DNA from: Malacoraja senta
Taxonomy: Eukaryota
Reading direction: 5' to 3'
NCBI GenBank assembly: GCA_038087875.1
Contig: CM075982.1
Location: 14,508,001-14,572,000, forward strand
DNA: 64,000 nucleotides
Part shown: positions 48,807 through 62,324 of the stretch, piece after piece
How the letters are laid out: each line of letters starts with the position of its first letter
Numbering within the stretch: position 1 is the stretch's first letter
The notes under the pieces: generated by a model
What the model was told of the DNA's origin: nothing
The model's input: the letters and a program-made list of their open reading frames with translations, nothing else
Databases searched by the model: none
Position numbers and translations under genes: made by a program

Positions 48807-50569
48807 ACTCAGTACAGGAACTGATATCATGTTTTAATTATCAGCTCTTGTTCATATCTAGAGAGAGGATTGTCTTTTAAATGCATTTAAAACAGATTGG
48901 ATGAAACAACCAGGCATGGTCCTTTCATCTCAAAGAAATCCAAACTGCAGAGAGAAAGAAACAATCCTCATTTTAATCCAACTTTCATTTTGTGAGACAA
49001 GTTTCCACATTAAACATGCCTCGGTCACTGTTGTAAGATGTTGTTGTAATTGGCCATCAGGATCCAATGTGAATGAGTGCCCCTGCATGGTGATGGTGTG
49101 TCAAAGGTAAAATGTACTTTTATTTGTGAAAGGATTAGTTACCCATTAAGTTGCAATGGAAAGGAATTTGAAGCCAATGGAAGCTAGGAGCCAACAGATC
49201 CAACTCTTGCAGCCACCCACCTACTTTTGCTAAATCAGTTAGAATGTCAGAACTGTAGAAGAAAGCAGTTTCTATGCCCAGGGATGTGGTCGGGATAAAG
49301 AAAGAAGCAGCTTGCTGTACACCTGTGTGTGATATTTTGGTTCATTAGTGCTTAAAATAGCACAAAATTATTGTTTGATATCTTCCCTTTTACTAGGTCT
49401 GTGAAACCCTGTTATTTTTCAAGTTCATGGGAGTAACTTAATACCAATCTAGGAAGCTATACCATTCAGCTAATAACTGATAACATCCACACTGCATCTA
49501 ATCCTGACATATACTTTATTGTTATCTTGAATGTTGTAGGTATATTTGCCAATCCTCAAGAGTTGCTTCAATAATTTATGGAGTTTTACTAATTCCATGT
49601 TTTTAATTCATTAACAGGATTTTCCAGTGGTTCTTACAGATTGTTGGCCTGTGCCCAGATAGCCTTGGATCCAGGAACTTACTTTGTGTGTACAAGATTT
49701 CTGGAAAGTCTTGTGAATTTACACCTTCAAGCTTAGGCTTTAAGTTGTCTCACGCGTTTCCCCATGTCAAAGTCTTACTTGATTTGTGCTATAAGAGTTT
49801 TTACCCTGACCATTTCTGCCTGGATAACTTACTTTGTATTTGAATCAGTAACTGCTTTTCTGTGTACGATTTATTCACATGGTTTCATAGCATGAGTTTA
49901 CAGAATATTTTATTGATGTTATTTGATGTGGTCTCTAATATTAACCAGGAAAAGTATCTTCCTGTTGTGTTCAGTTAGAATACCGGGTTAAAACCAAGTA
50001 AATCCTGGATTCACTAGGAACCTTGATCTCATGAACACCACTGTGAGTAACACCAAGATGATAAGCACAGTTTTAGCACAGGGAGATAGGAAAGCAGAAT
50101 GCCAGTATTTGGGAAGGGAAAGTGGTACTTTGGGGATAACAAAGGAAATATGGGAAAGCCATAAGGAATCTGGGTGTAACAGAGGAATAAACCATTCAGC
50201 CAGAGTACATTATACCATACATTCAATCATTTGTCATCTAATTTACCTCAACTCTATTCCTCCATTTTGTTCCTCGTTTTTTGATCAGGACACCTTAACC
50301 TAATAAATATCTCTGGGTCAGTCTTTAAATTCCCTACCAACCCAGTATCCACTGGTTTTTGATTAGGAAACTCAGCAGGAGGTTCAGAAAAAGAAAGGAA
50401 AGAACTCAGGAAGCAGGATTAAACCCAGGTCCCTGCAGCAACTACCAGCTGCACCATCATACCAACAACATCTTGGGAGTCCCCACGTGCTCTGGACAAC
50501 AATCAAACTAGTCTGACACTTTCCCATCTCTTCCCCAAAGTTCTGCTTTCTTTTGGCCTTTTCAAGTCA

Positions 50570-51910
50570 ATCAATCAATGACTTTATTGTCATTCAAAAA
50601 TACACCAACAAATGCAAGTCTGAACGAAATTTTGTTGCATCTGGCTCACCGTGCAACATAAAATAACAAAAGGATAAAATAGATAAAAAGATAAAATAGA
50701 TAAATAGAAAAAATAGATACTAGTGGCAGCACATTATATGGAATTCAAGAGTCTGATGGCTCAGGGGAAGAAGCTGTTGCAAAACCTGGCCGTTCTGCTC
50801 CTTATACTGCGATACCTTTTGCCCAAGGGCAACAGAGTGAACAGTCCATGATGGAGATGTGCGGGGTCTTTTATAATGCTGTTGGCCTTGGACAAGCGAC
50901 GTTTGCACGCAATGTCCCAGATGTCATGGCAAAAACAAGGGGGCAGATTATTATCTCAATGGGATTAGGTTAGGTAAGGGAGAGGTGCAGCGAGACCTGG
51001 GTGTCCTTGTACCCTGTTGTTGGCGTGCAGGTACAGCAGGCAGTGAAGAAAGCTAATGGAATGTTGACCTTCATAACAAGAGGATTTCAGTATAGGAGTA
51101 AAGAGGTTCTTCTGCAATTGCATAGGCGAGACCACATCTGGAGTATTGTGTACAGTTTTGGTCTCCTAATTTGAGGAAGGACATCCTTGTGATTGAGGCA
51201 GTGCAGCGTAGGTTCACGAGATTGATCCCTGGGATGGCGGGACTGTCATATGAGGAAAGATTGAAAAGACTAGGCTTGTATTCACTGGAGTTTAGAAGGA
51301 TGAGAGGATATCTTATAGAAACATATAAAATTATAAAAGGACTGGACAAGCTAGATGCAAGAAAAATGTTCCCAATGTTGGGCGTCCAGAACCAGGGGCC
51401 ACAGTCTTAGAATAATGGGGAGGTCATTTAAGACTGAGGTGAGAAAAAACTTTTTCACCCAGAGTTGTGAATTTATGGAATTCCCTGCCACAGAGGGCAG
51501 TGGAGGCCAAATCACTGGATGGATTTAAGAGAGTTAGATAGAGCTCTAGGGGCTAGTGGAGTCAAGGGATATGGGGAGAAGGTAGGCACGGGTTATTGAT
51601 AGGGAACGATCAGCCATGATCACAATGAATGGCGGTGCTGGCTCGAAGGGCCGAATGGCCTCCTTCTGCACTTATCAGGGCCTGCCGCCTTCCGTGTGTT
51701 CACTCCTTTTAGGGTCCTCCGGACATCCACTGTATCAAGACTGAGTGCCTGTTCATCATAGTGAGGAATACCTTTCCTCGCAGGTGTGTTGTTGAATGCC
51801 TCGAACGGTCCAAAATATTTATTGAGTTCATTGAGGAAGTTTATGTTGTCTTCACAGGGTACAAATCCAGTTCTCGTGAACACTTTGATTAAATCTACCT
51901 CCACTGCTGC
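50570..51910 (-). mobile_element. Rex1/Babar LINE, two pieces flanking a CR1
   Basis: 51672-51910 encodes FLNELNKYF..VRRTLKGVNTRKAAGPD; 50570-50925 encodes IIKDPAHLHH..LP.GKRYRS..FP.AIRLLN, UTR and (TTGA)n tail. Confidence 0.8.
50927..51671 (+). mobile_element. CR1 LINE fragment lacking its tail
   Basis: [32 protein letters not shown]..; ends at GGCCTCCTTCTGCAC. Confidence 0.92.
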
Positions 51911-54900
51911 AGCAGACCTAAACAATCATGCTCTTTTTCCTTTTCGATTTTTCTCCCAATCACCTTCATTTTCTGTCCACTGATACTTGACACACCACCA
52001 ATGAAAGAGATTGGTCATCCAGGGAACACAGGTTTTAACAGACCTATCCTTTCTGTCAGTGGAATATGTATAGGTTCTACCAGACCATTGCGTTCCAACC
52101 AGATCTGCCCTCATTGAAATCAGCCCTCTTCTAATTGTCCATTTTTACATTTGAATTCTCCACACCTTTTCCATAGTTATTCTAACCATGCAATTGTCCA
52201 GTTCCTAAATGCTCCTCTGCTGATACCTGCTTCACTTAGCCCACCTTTCTTGGAGCTGCGTTACCTTATTCCTCATCGAACCAGAAACATACCAGTTATA
52301 GTTCTACCCAAGATACTTCAATCATTCTTCCCCACTTTGGGAAGTGGTTGATGAATGGAGACTTGGAATGGGTGGAAGACAAGAATAGGAATGATAAGCT
52401 AAGCGAGAGGTGAAGAACAATTTTGGTGACTGAAGACAAGGTAAGAGTAAAAGGGATGACACTTCTGTGTGGAGGGGCATTTGGTAAGGTGAAATGCTTA
52501 GTGGGCAAGGAGATGGAATGGATGTTCAAGGTATGGGGAGGAGAAACATGAGAAAGTAATGGGATAATGGAGACATAGAAAACAGAAAAAGATGACAGCA
52601 AACTACAGAAATAGTAAAACAGAAGGGTCTGGGAAACTGGGCAAGACAGAGGAACATCGGGAACTTTAAGAGCGGGGAGGCCAATGGAGAGGAAATATGG
52701 CAAACAGTAATGATGTAGAAGAATAGTGAAATGGAAACCAAAGATACTGAAGTTGATGGGAAACCTGAATCATGATTACTGGTCGATGAGGACACGAATA
52801 TCTCAGGATTATTCCATGGTAACTTCAAAGCTGAGATATTGCATAATACCAACTGGTGTAGGTACATCAAAGCTCAGCGCTTTTACACCAACACATTAAG
52901 TGACCATGAATCTTCTTGAAAGCCTGAGTGAAATATTTTAGGAATGAGTGGCAGTAACTTTACTGTAACGACTGAAGCTTAAACTCAATACTGAGGACCT
53001 CACCCTCAGGTCAGATTAGTCACATTGCTGGGACTTTTCCACTGGGACAAACCTAAGATGTTACCAGGTGGAACTCAGTAGCTGTTAATAGCCTAATTTA
53101 TAATCTGTACAGCACTTGTCTCTGCTTTAGGCTTTGATGGATGAATTCAGACCTGGCAACAATGATGAAGCTCTCTGCTCATCGATGCTTTAAGTACTTA
53201 CCATGCACAAGTTCCTCAAATTAATTTAATGGGATTTTGACAGTGAGCAAAACTGTTTGTAAATTAATTAACAGATACATTTTGGAACTGAATGCACCAG
53301 CTTTCCACTCAACTACGCAAATTGAAAATGGTGTAAAATTATTTTGAATGCTTAAAATACTTTATTACTTGACTGCAACCTAACCAAAGGTTTCGGAACA
53401 GCAGGCACAGTTGCAGCCTGGGATCTAATTGAGAGATGTGGGTGATTGCAGATAGAATAACATGTCTCTGGTAATGGATTTCAGACTGGGATCAAAGCAT
53501 GGGATTATATAGTTCACATATAGAAGACACAACACTTGACAGGTTGTAGGTTGGGATCTAATTAAAGTTTAGATAGTTTATATTTGAGTTATGGATCCAT
53601 CAAAGTGGAATGTAGGCTGGATCTAAATTAGGGCTATGTCAAATAACTATCTGGCCTGTGTCTACAAACAGTTAATTTGGAGTTTTGTACACAAAAATGC
53701 TGTATAAGTACAGGCCATACATGTTATTTCATCAGTTGCATTTTGTCTCACCTGAAGTTCTCAAGCACCAGCTCAGAGAAAATTAAATTAAATTATAAAT
53801 AATGGCAATCCTTCAGTGACAAATACCCCAAATGTTCTATTTAGTTCAGCAAAGCTACAGTCTAAATTCTCATTAGATTTTTTTGCTAAAATAGTGACGG
53901 GCCGGTGCAATTTACTACAGCACTACAGGGTAGAAAGAGAAGGGCATCCACTCCCAATTATTGGCCAGCAAAATTAATGACCGTCCATGAAACGCAAGTG
54001 TTGGCATGAGCAGTGACTGGGATCGAATCCCTCCCCGCTCTTCCTCCTCTTGCAGTAAGTACTGCCGTATCCTGTAACTATGCTTATTGAGAAACTAAGA
54101 TAATGTGAACCTAACCATCCCTCATTAAAACCCCTGTCATATTTCCTTCTAATAAATGCTCCATTCTGCATCCTACAAACACAAACCTAGAGAAACTGGC
54201 AGGGGAACAGTGAAAGCGGATTTGTGTGGCGTTTAAAAGGGAACTAGGTAGATGGTTGAAAGGAAAATATGTAGAGGGGAGGGGAGCTGGAGTGGACTAC
54301 TGCATGAAGCTGATATTCTGTAGGATGAATCTTATTCTATACTGTAACCTTGCTGTGATTGGATTGTATTATCACTGAGTACTGGATCTGGGAAGAATGG
54401 TATTGTCACAGTGAGATGTTTGGTGAGCAGTGTCAGAAATGTTGCAGATCAAAGACTACATGGATAACCACAACTTCAAGTGATCATAAAAGATTAATGA
54501 ACTCTTTTTCATTTGATGGATCATACAATAAGTCCTTAATAGGCTCTGGGATCCCAGATATGTGAACATCCAGTCTAATTCTGATTTTGCAACTACTGAA
54601 TTTAGTAGCAGCAGAGCTCTCCAGGCTCTGATAAGTAAAGAACCAGAAAGTGTCCGAGGTTCAATGCAGATTACTGATCACTGGCCAGTCCTTCATAGTA
54701 TGCATGGATGGATATGGGATTAAACAATGAGACACACATACAACATTTACCATAATCCAATAATCCGTCAATACTGTCTAGACAGGTATACATGGATTAG
54801 CCACTTACATTAAGTATGGGAAGACAGTGACAAGCAGCACAGAATGTAGGAGTGGAACGATCGGAAAAATGATAAGGAAAATAATCAGCATCACCTACAG

Positions 54901-54930
54901 CCCGTTTAATGATTCGTTTGGTGTGGCAAT

Positions 54931-54949
54931 GTTGCCCTCTGCTGGTCCA
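54931..54949 (-). promoter_or_regulatory. Candidate CTCF site
   Basis: Minus strand TGGACCAGCAGAGGGCAAC matches the CTCF core CCAGCAGAGGGC; lies in apparently unique DNA. Confidence 0.5.
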
Positions 54950-55099
54950 AAGTATTTTATCAGGAAGAACAAACTTTTCGACACATGCCATTATTTCCAG
55001 CCTGAGCAATATCAATGGTTAGCTTGGATTACGGACAGCACATGCCCTCAATATTAAAATAGTTTATTTTATGAAATCAACTTTTTTGATGACATTTGA

Positions 55100-56093
55100 T
55101 GATATTAATGAACTGGATGAGGGAATTGAAGGCAATATCTCCAAGTTTGCGGATGACACTAAGCTGGGGGGCAGTGTTAGCTGTGAGGAGGATGCTAGGA
55201 GACTGCAAGGTGACTTGGATAGGCTGGGTGAGTGGGCAAATGTTTGGCAGATGCAGTATAATGTGGATAAATGTGAGGTTATCCATTTTGGTGGCAAAAA
55301 CAGGAAAGCAGACTATTATCTAAATGGTGGCCGACTAGGAAAAGGGGAGATGCAGCGAGACCTGGGTGTCATGGTACACCAGTCATTGAAAGTAGGCATG
55401 CAGGTGCAGCAGGCAGTGAAGAAAGCGAATGGTATGTTAGCTTTCAAAGCAAAAGGATTTGAGTATAGGAGCAGGGAGGTTCTACTGCAGTTGTACAGGG
55501 TCTTGGTGAGACCACACCTGGAGTATTGCGTACAGTTTTGGTCTCCAAATCTGAGGAAGGACATTATTGCCATAGAGGGAGTGCAGAGAAGGTTCACCAG
55601 ACTGATTCCTGGGATGTCAGGACTGTCTTATGAAGAAAGACTGGATAGACTTGGTTTATACTCTCTAGAATTTAGGAGATTGAGAGGGGATCTTATAGAA
55701 ACTTACAAAATTCTTAAGGGGTTGGACAGGCTAGATGCAGGAAGATTGCTCCCGATGTTGGGGAAGTCCAGGACAAGGGGTCACAGCTTAAGGATATGGG
55801 GGAAATCCTTTAAAACCGAGAAATCCTTTAAGTTCTTCTCAACTTTTTTCACACAGAGAGTGGTGAATCTCTGGAACTCTCTGCCACAGAGGGTAGTCGA
55901 GGCCAGTTCATTGGCTATATTTAAGAGGGAGTTAGATGTGGCCCTTGTGGCTAAAGGGATCAGAGGGTATGGAGAGAAGGCAGGTACGGGATACTGAGTT
56001 GGATGATCAGCCATGATCATATTGAATGGCGGTGCAGGCTCGAAGGGCCGAATGGCCTACTCCTGCACCTATTTTCTATGTTTCTATGTTTCT
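55100..56093 (+). mobile_element. Young 5'-truncated CR1 LINE with open frame
   Basis: 308-aa ORF 55071-55997: [37 protein letters not shown]; (TATGTTTC)n tail. Confidence 0.95.
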
Positions 56094-56569
56094 AAATGAT
56101 CGTCCAGTCTACATTTGGTCTCGCTGATGTGTAAGAGTCCACATCTTCTATCTGTGATTTTATTTTTGATTTTGTTTTAGAATCTGAAGAGGGGGCCCGA
56201 ACCTTCATGTCCATTCCCTCCACAGATGCTGCCTGACTCGTTGAGTTCCTCCGGAACTATGTGTTTTACTGAAGATTCCAGCATCTGTAGTTCCTTGAGA
56301 CTCCAGACTTTTATCCTCACTATGTTTCTATGTTTCTATTTGATATTCACCCAGTGGGAGTATATCAGGCAATTCACTCTCATTCTACATGTGGCCTTGT
56401 CGTCTTTTTTAAACCTGCATTGTAATTACATTTTGCTCACCTACTTCCTTGGACTTGATGATAGACTGAATATAGAGTGTATTGCCAGGGAACAGTTACA
56501 TATGGAATGAATGGGACAAGGTTCAGAGCTTTCACCATTAAGAAATGTCATTGGAAAGTTCCACCAAGA

Positions 56570-56680
56570 TGCAGGACGGAACGCCACTGGAGATCTTTCT
56601 GCCCTGTGGCTATCAAATGTACAACTCCTCCTCCTTCTGTCGTGGGGTAGACTGAGGCTAACTCAATCCCCCCCTCCCCC

Positions 56681-56711
<31 letters not shown>

Positions 56712-56842
56712 TCTGCACATCCCCAATCCTTTCCACTCGTCACTTTAATTTCATGTTTCATGTATTTTGTGCCTTTGTGATCTTTATGATTGTTGGCAGA
56801 TCAATTTCCCTCCTGGGATAAATAAAGTTCCATCGTATCATA
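56570..56842 (+). mobile_element. Rex1-type 3' end with (CA)n (56681-56708)
   Basis: RSFCPVAIKC.N remnant, UTR, AATTTCCCTCCTGGGATAAATAAAG terminus. Confidence 0.65.
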
Positions 56843-56899
56843 TGGTTAATGCAACTGAATTAGAAGGGAACAAGTGTGTGGAGAGAACAGAATCAGTTT

Positions 56900-58710
56900 A
56901 CAAGGAATAAAATTGGTCCATTAGAGAGTCAGAGTGGACAGCTATCTGCAGAGCCAAAAGATTTGGGGGAGATATTGAACAATTTATTTTCTTCGGTATT
57001 CACCAAGGAGAAGGATATGGAATTATGTGAGGTAAGGGAAACAGGCAGAGTAGCAATGGAAACTATGAGATTCAAAGAAGAGGAGGCGTGGACACTTTTG
57101 AAAAATATGAAAACGGATAAGTCTCCAGGTCCTGACAGGATATTCCCTAGGACATTGAGGGAAGTTAGTGTAGAAATAGCAGGGACTATGACAGAAATAT
57201 TTCAAATGTCATTTGAAACGGGAATAGTGCCGGAGGATTGGCGTACTGCGCATGTTGTTCCGTTGTTTAAAAAGGGTTCTAAGAGTAAACCTAGCAATTA
57301 TAGACCTGTTAGTTTGACGTCAGTGGTGGGCAAATTAATGGAAAGGATACTTAGAGATAATATATATAAGCATCTGGATAAGCAGGGTCTGATTAGGAAC
57401 AGTCAACATGGATTTGTGCCTGGAAGGTCATGTTTGACTAATCTTCTTGAATTTTTCGAAGAGGTTACTAGGGAAATTGATGAGGGTAAAGCAGTGGATG
57501 TTGTCTATACGGACTTCAGTAAGGCCTTTGACAAGGTTCCTCATGGAAGGTTGGTTAAGAAGATTCAATTGTTGGGTATTCAATTGTTGGAGTAGCAAGA
57601 TGGATTCAACAGTGGCTGAATGGGAGATGCCAGAGAGTAATGGTGGATGGCTGTTTGTCAGGTTGGAGGCCGGTGACTAGTGGGGTGCCTCAGGGGTCTG
57701 TGTTGGATCCACTGTTGTTTTCGTCATGTACATCAATGATCTGGATGATGGTGTGGAAAATTGGATTAGTAAGTATGCAGATGATACTAAGATAGGTGGT
57801 GTTGTGGATAATGAAGTAGATTTTCAAAGTCTACAGAGAGATTTAGGCCATTTGGAAGAGTGGGCTGAAAGATGGCAGATGGAGTTTAATGCTGATAAAT
57901 GTGAGGTGCTACATCTCGGCAGGACAAATCAAAATAGGACGTACATGGTAAATGGTAGCGAATTGAGGAATGCAGTTGAACAGAGGGATCTAGGAATAAC
58001 TGTGCATAGTTCCCTGAAGGTGGAATCTCATGTAGATAGGGTGGTAAAGAAAGCTTTTGATGTGCTGGCCTTTATAAATCAGAGCATTGAATATAGAAGT
58101 TGGGATGTAATGTTAAAATTGTACAAGGCATTGGTGAGGCCAATTCTGGAGTATGGAGTACAATTTTGGTCGCCTAATTATAGGAAGGATGTCAACAAAA
58201 TAGAGAGAGTACAGAGGAGATTTACTAGAATGTTGCCTGGGTTTCAGCAACTAAGTTACAGAGAAAGGTTGAACAAGTTAGGTCTTTATTCTTTGGAGCG
58301 CAGAAGGTTAAGGGGGGACTTGATAGAGGTCTTTAAAATTATGAGCGGGTTAGACAGAGTTGACGTGGATAAGCTTTTCCCATTGAGAGTAGGGAAGATT
58401 CAAACAAGGGGACATGACTTGAGAATTAAGGGACAGAAGTTTAGGGGTAAAATTAGGGGGAACTTCTTTACTCAGTGTGGTAGCTGTGTGGAATGAGCTT
58501 CCAGTGGAAGTGGTAGAGGCAGGTTCGATTTTATCCTTTAAAAATAGATTGGATGGGTATATGGACGGGAAAGGAATGGAGGGTTATGGTCTGAGTGCAG
58601 GTAGATGGGACTAGGGGGATGTAAAAAAAAATGTTTTAAAAAGTGTTCGGCACGGACTTGAAGGGCCGAGATGGCCTGTTTCCGTGCTGTAATGGTTATA
58701 TGGTTATATG
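56900..58710 (+). mobile_element. CR1 LINE ~1.8 kb including the whole RT domain, frameshifted
   Basis: ORFs 56876-57595 (KSPGPD, PEDWR, NYRPVSLTS, QHGF, DFSKAFDKV) and 57726-58496 (YINDL, YADDTK); GVPQGSVLDP between them; (ATGGTTAT)n tail. Confidence 0.95.
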
Positions 58711-60489
58711 ATGTGAACTTCATCATTGACACAATACAAGTCCACGAGAGCTTTGCAGCTAAGAACAGAATTAACAATGGGAGAAGTATTTATTGTGTCT
58801 GTAATTATATTTCTTAATAAATTTGAGTTTGTAGCTTGAGCCATACAACCTGGTGTTTTCAAGAGAGGAATCTGGGGACTCAGTGTCAGGTTGACATCCT
58901 CCGTAGAAAATGCTTCATAACACCGTCGATCATCTGATCACTGTTGCTGTTTTTGCAAGCTTGCCGTGCAGAAACCTATCTATATTACAATGGCTACAAA
59001 CTAGAAGTACTTAACTGCCTGTGCCACCTACAACCTTGACATGAACACAATCATTTAAAACATGTCATGTTTACTGCCTACAAATGCAATTGTGTATCGT
59101 AAGCACAGGTAAACTATATTAGGCAGTTGCCCAAACTGTTACAACATTTAAATCTCTAGGTCTGGATGCATATTCCATTTTGAAAGGACATGCAAGCACA
59201 GTGGTGAATGGAAGCATGAAAACAGTATAACTGAACTAAGTGCCGATTCAAAGCAAACAGTTAGTCAAGAACTAGTCAAAACAACAGAAGCTGAAAATCT
59301 CTATTTTTATGATTTAAAACAAATATTAAAAAGTATAAAGTCAGGCTGGTACAAAGTTGGAATAAATTCATTACAGGAGCATGGGTGCAGAGTATTGTTT
59401 CTGTAAGTGTGCTCAGTATTAGAGAATAATGCCACAGCAATCAAATCCCTGCAATAGATCAGTCACAGTTTGCAATGAAAGGGGAAACATTCTCAGTAGA
59501 CATCATCCATGGATCATTGCTGGTGCGGTCACACAACCAATGTTCAACTGCAAAGAGCAAGTCATGTCAAACTTTCCTGCTTAAAATTTTTTTTAATGTT
59601 AAGCTATGAAGGGAATTAGAATGTCTAATATTTTCAGGAAAGTAATAATCAAGATATTTTGAGATACATTAGCAGATTTGTCATGGGTAAACTTAATTCA
59701 TTTAAAATAAATTGTTAAAATCATACTTTCTCCCAAGGAGTTATAAATCTGAGTGTTTTATCTCTCAACCGATGAACCCCCTTCACCAGCACTGGAACGG
59801 TACATTATTGAGTTGCAGCTGCTGACCAGTAAACTAATATAAAACTTTGCTTTCCTCTCTCTTCCTAAAGCTGAAATTAGATTAAGTAAAAGTCAACACC
59901 ACAGGTCGATATTGCTCTTTCACTTCTTCCTCTGCAAATCTCAATATAGCATAGAGCATTGACATAGCAAGAGATATTGTTCTGAGATAGTCACTGTGCA
60001 GTAAGTTCTACCATGCATGAAGCAGAAGGGGAATAGGGACGGTAGGGGTCAGTGGGATGAACTGGAGGGAAGAAAAGGTTGGATAAATACAAGGGAGAAA
60101 ATAAGAAAACATAGCAATAGAAAACAAACCGCTGGAAGAATTCTGCGTGCTAGGCAACAACAGAAGCTGCTTAAGTTCCCCAGCAGTTTCTTTTTTGCTC
60201 CAGACTCCAGAATCTGCAATCTCTTGTGTCTATGCCAGCATTTTCAAAGGGTAGGGTTAAGTAAATGGAGCATAAACAACAGCAATGGTCAGGCCCTGCT
60301 GTGCCGTAGAATGCAGTGCAACAAGATGGCAAAGAACTGCAGCAGAATGTAAGGGCAAAGGCAGCAGCGACAAGGGAACGCTATGACATGCATGTTCCCT
60401 TCAGGTTGTACACCATTCAGACCACATTTCCATTTCCTCATTGTTAGATCAAAATTCTCCACCTAATAGCTTTCAATAAGTACTATCAC

Positions 60490-60617
60490 AGGTACACAAA
60501 AATGCTGGAGAAACTCAGCGGGTGCAGCAGCATCTAGATGCTGCTGCACCCGCTGAGTTTCTCCAGCATTTTTGTGTACCTTCGATTTTCCAGCATCTGC
60601 AGTTCCTTCTTTAACAC
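60490..60617. mobile_element. PLE terminal insertion forming a perfect 92-bp palindrome
   Basis: 60490-60535 is the exact reverse complement of 60536-60581; TSD AAGTAC(T/C)ATCACAG at 60478-60491 and 60618-60631. Confidence 0.9.
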
Positions 60618-61664
60618 AAGTACCATCACAGTGTGAATGGGACCATTAAGGAAAACAGCCCCACCCCACTTTCTCATGGACAATTATACATGGGCATGAA
60701 ATGGTATCCTTTCTTGCATTGTCCGCAAACCTTGTGGGATAATAAAAAGCTGCCACTGGGCTGCGAAGATGGGCGAAGAAATCACACTGGGCTCTTGCAA
60801 TGATTCTGGAGACATGTCCTTTGTACAGGAAATACAACCAAATTACTTATTCTGACCACTTTTAAAGAAAGTACTGGTGTTGTGCCACATTTCCAAATTA
60901 CACTGTCCATCCTCCGGGAATGCATATCAAAGAGTATTTGCGTCAGTCAGACTGGACAATAAGATACTAGGTGAAGGACAGCAGCATACACTCCCTATCC
61001 ATTACAAAATGGAGTACACAACAAAAAGAATATTGGCACTCTTTTCATTTCTTCACTGACCTGTTAGACCTACAATAATTGCTACCCTGATTGCTGATTT
61101 GGGCTGAACACAGATACCTTGGGACTCTCTCGTCTCTGTCTTAACAATACAGCAAACCATTGCTAACCAGTTAACGTAGTTTTGAATAGAGGAAAAAGCA
61201 AACCACTTGAAATGTTACAAAACTGTCATATCTTGCTGCAGGTTACTGATATGTGCCGGCAAAGGGGGTATAAATAGTCAAACTAAAACTTGCTGCAGGT
61301 ACTGGAAATGCAAAGACTAGCATAATACTTACCACTGGTGTGCAAAAACAAAAGGTAAAAATATACATGTAATAAATAAAGGAACATAACAGTGTTGTGT
61401 CAATAGTGACAGAATCCTGGAATACAATTGGAAAACACTGATGCAGAAGTGTAGGACCATTCTGGCCAAGGCTCGCGGTTACTGCATGTATCCTCTCGAA
61501 GCTGGAGAGAATGGAGTGGGTTTTGTGTGCTCAGAGTTTCAATGTTCATTCAGTCTTTGATTGGAGGATACATTCTCACAATCTCCGTGTCTCATTCTCT
61601 ACTCAGCACCTATTTGGTATCTGTGTTTAAAAAAAATAAGATGTTTAGTTTCTGCCCAAACTTT

Positions 61665-61770
61665 GATCTGATGAGAGGTCATTAGCATGAAACATTAACT
61701 CTGTTTCTCCGTCCACATATACCACCTGAGCCGCTGAGTATTTCTAGATTATTTTTGTGTACATTTTGCA
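61665..61770 (+). mobile_element. Older PLE-type end with CTGATGA hammerhead-like core
   Basis: CTGATGAGAGGTCATTAGCATGAAACATTAACTCTGTTTCTC..GCTGAGTATTTC; relatives near 12745, 20825, 23095 and 24060-24300. Confidence 0.55.
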
Positions 61771-61979
61771 TTTCCCTAATTACTAACTTTACATTATTTA
61801 AAAAAAATACTTAGGCCAACCCTGCTTTATCCCAAAACACATTGTCATCGTTTTCAGCATGAAATTATAACCTTGTAAGCTTTTGCTCCCTATTACATTT
61901 CTTATTTTGCCATCTATCTTCTCATCTCAGGACTATGATTCCTTGTTGTGTTAACCACATCATTAATATAATGAATATA

Positions 61980-62324
61980 GTGTACGAAATCATGAGGGGA
62001 GATGATATTGTGAATGCACAGAGTCTCTTACCCAGGGATGGGAATCAAAAACTAAAGGTCATATGTTTTAGGTGAGAGAGGCAACATTTAATACGGTGAG
62101 GGGCAGCTTTTCACTCAGAGTATGGTGGGCATATGGAACAAGCTGACAGAGGAGGTCATTGAGGCAGATACTATAACAGCATTTAAAAGACGCTTGGACA
62201 GATACATGGATAGGAAAGGTTTCGAGCAATATGGGCCAAATGCAAGACTAGCTTAAATGGGGCACCTTGGTCGGATTTGACAAGAGGGGCTGAAGAGCTT
62301 GTTTCCATGCTGTACTATTCAATG
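61980..62324 (+). mobile_element. CR1 3' end remnant
   Basis: VYEIMRG..SKTKGH..TQSMVGIWNKL; tail interrupted by the TIR element. Confidence 0.8.

Noticed and set aside
55071-58496. Long RT ORFs as functional genes
   Set aside because: 5'-truncated or frameshifted CR1 copies lacking endonuclease and ORF1; the open frames reflect recent insertion.
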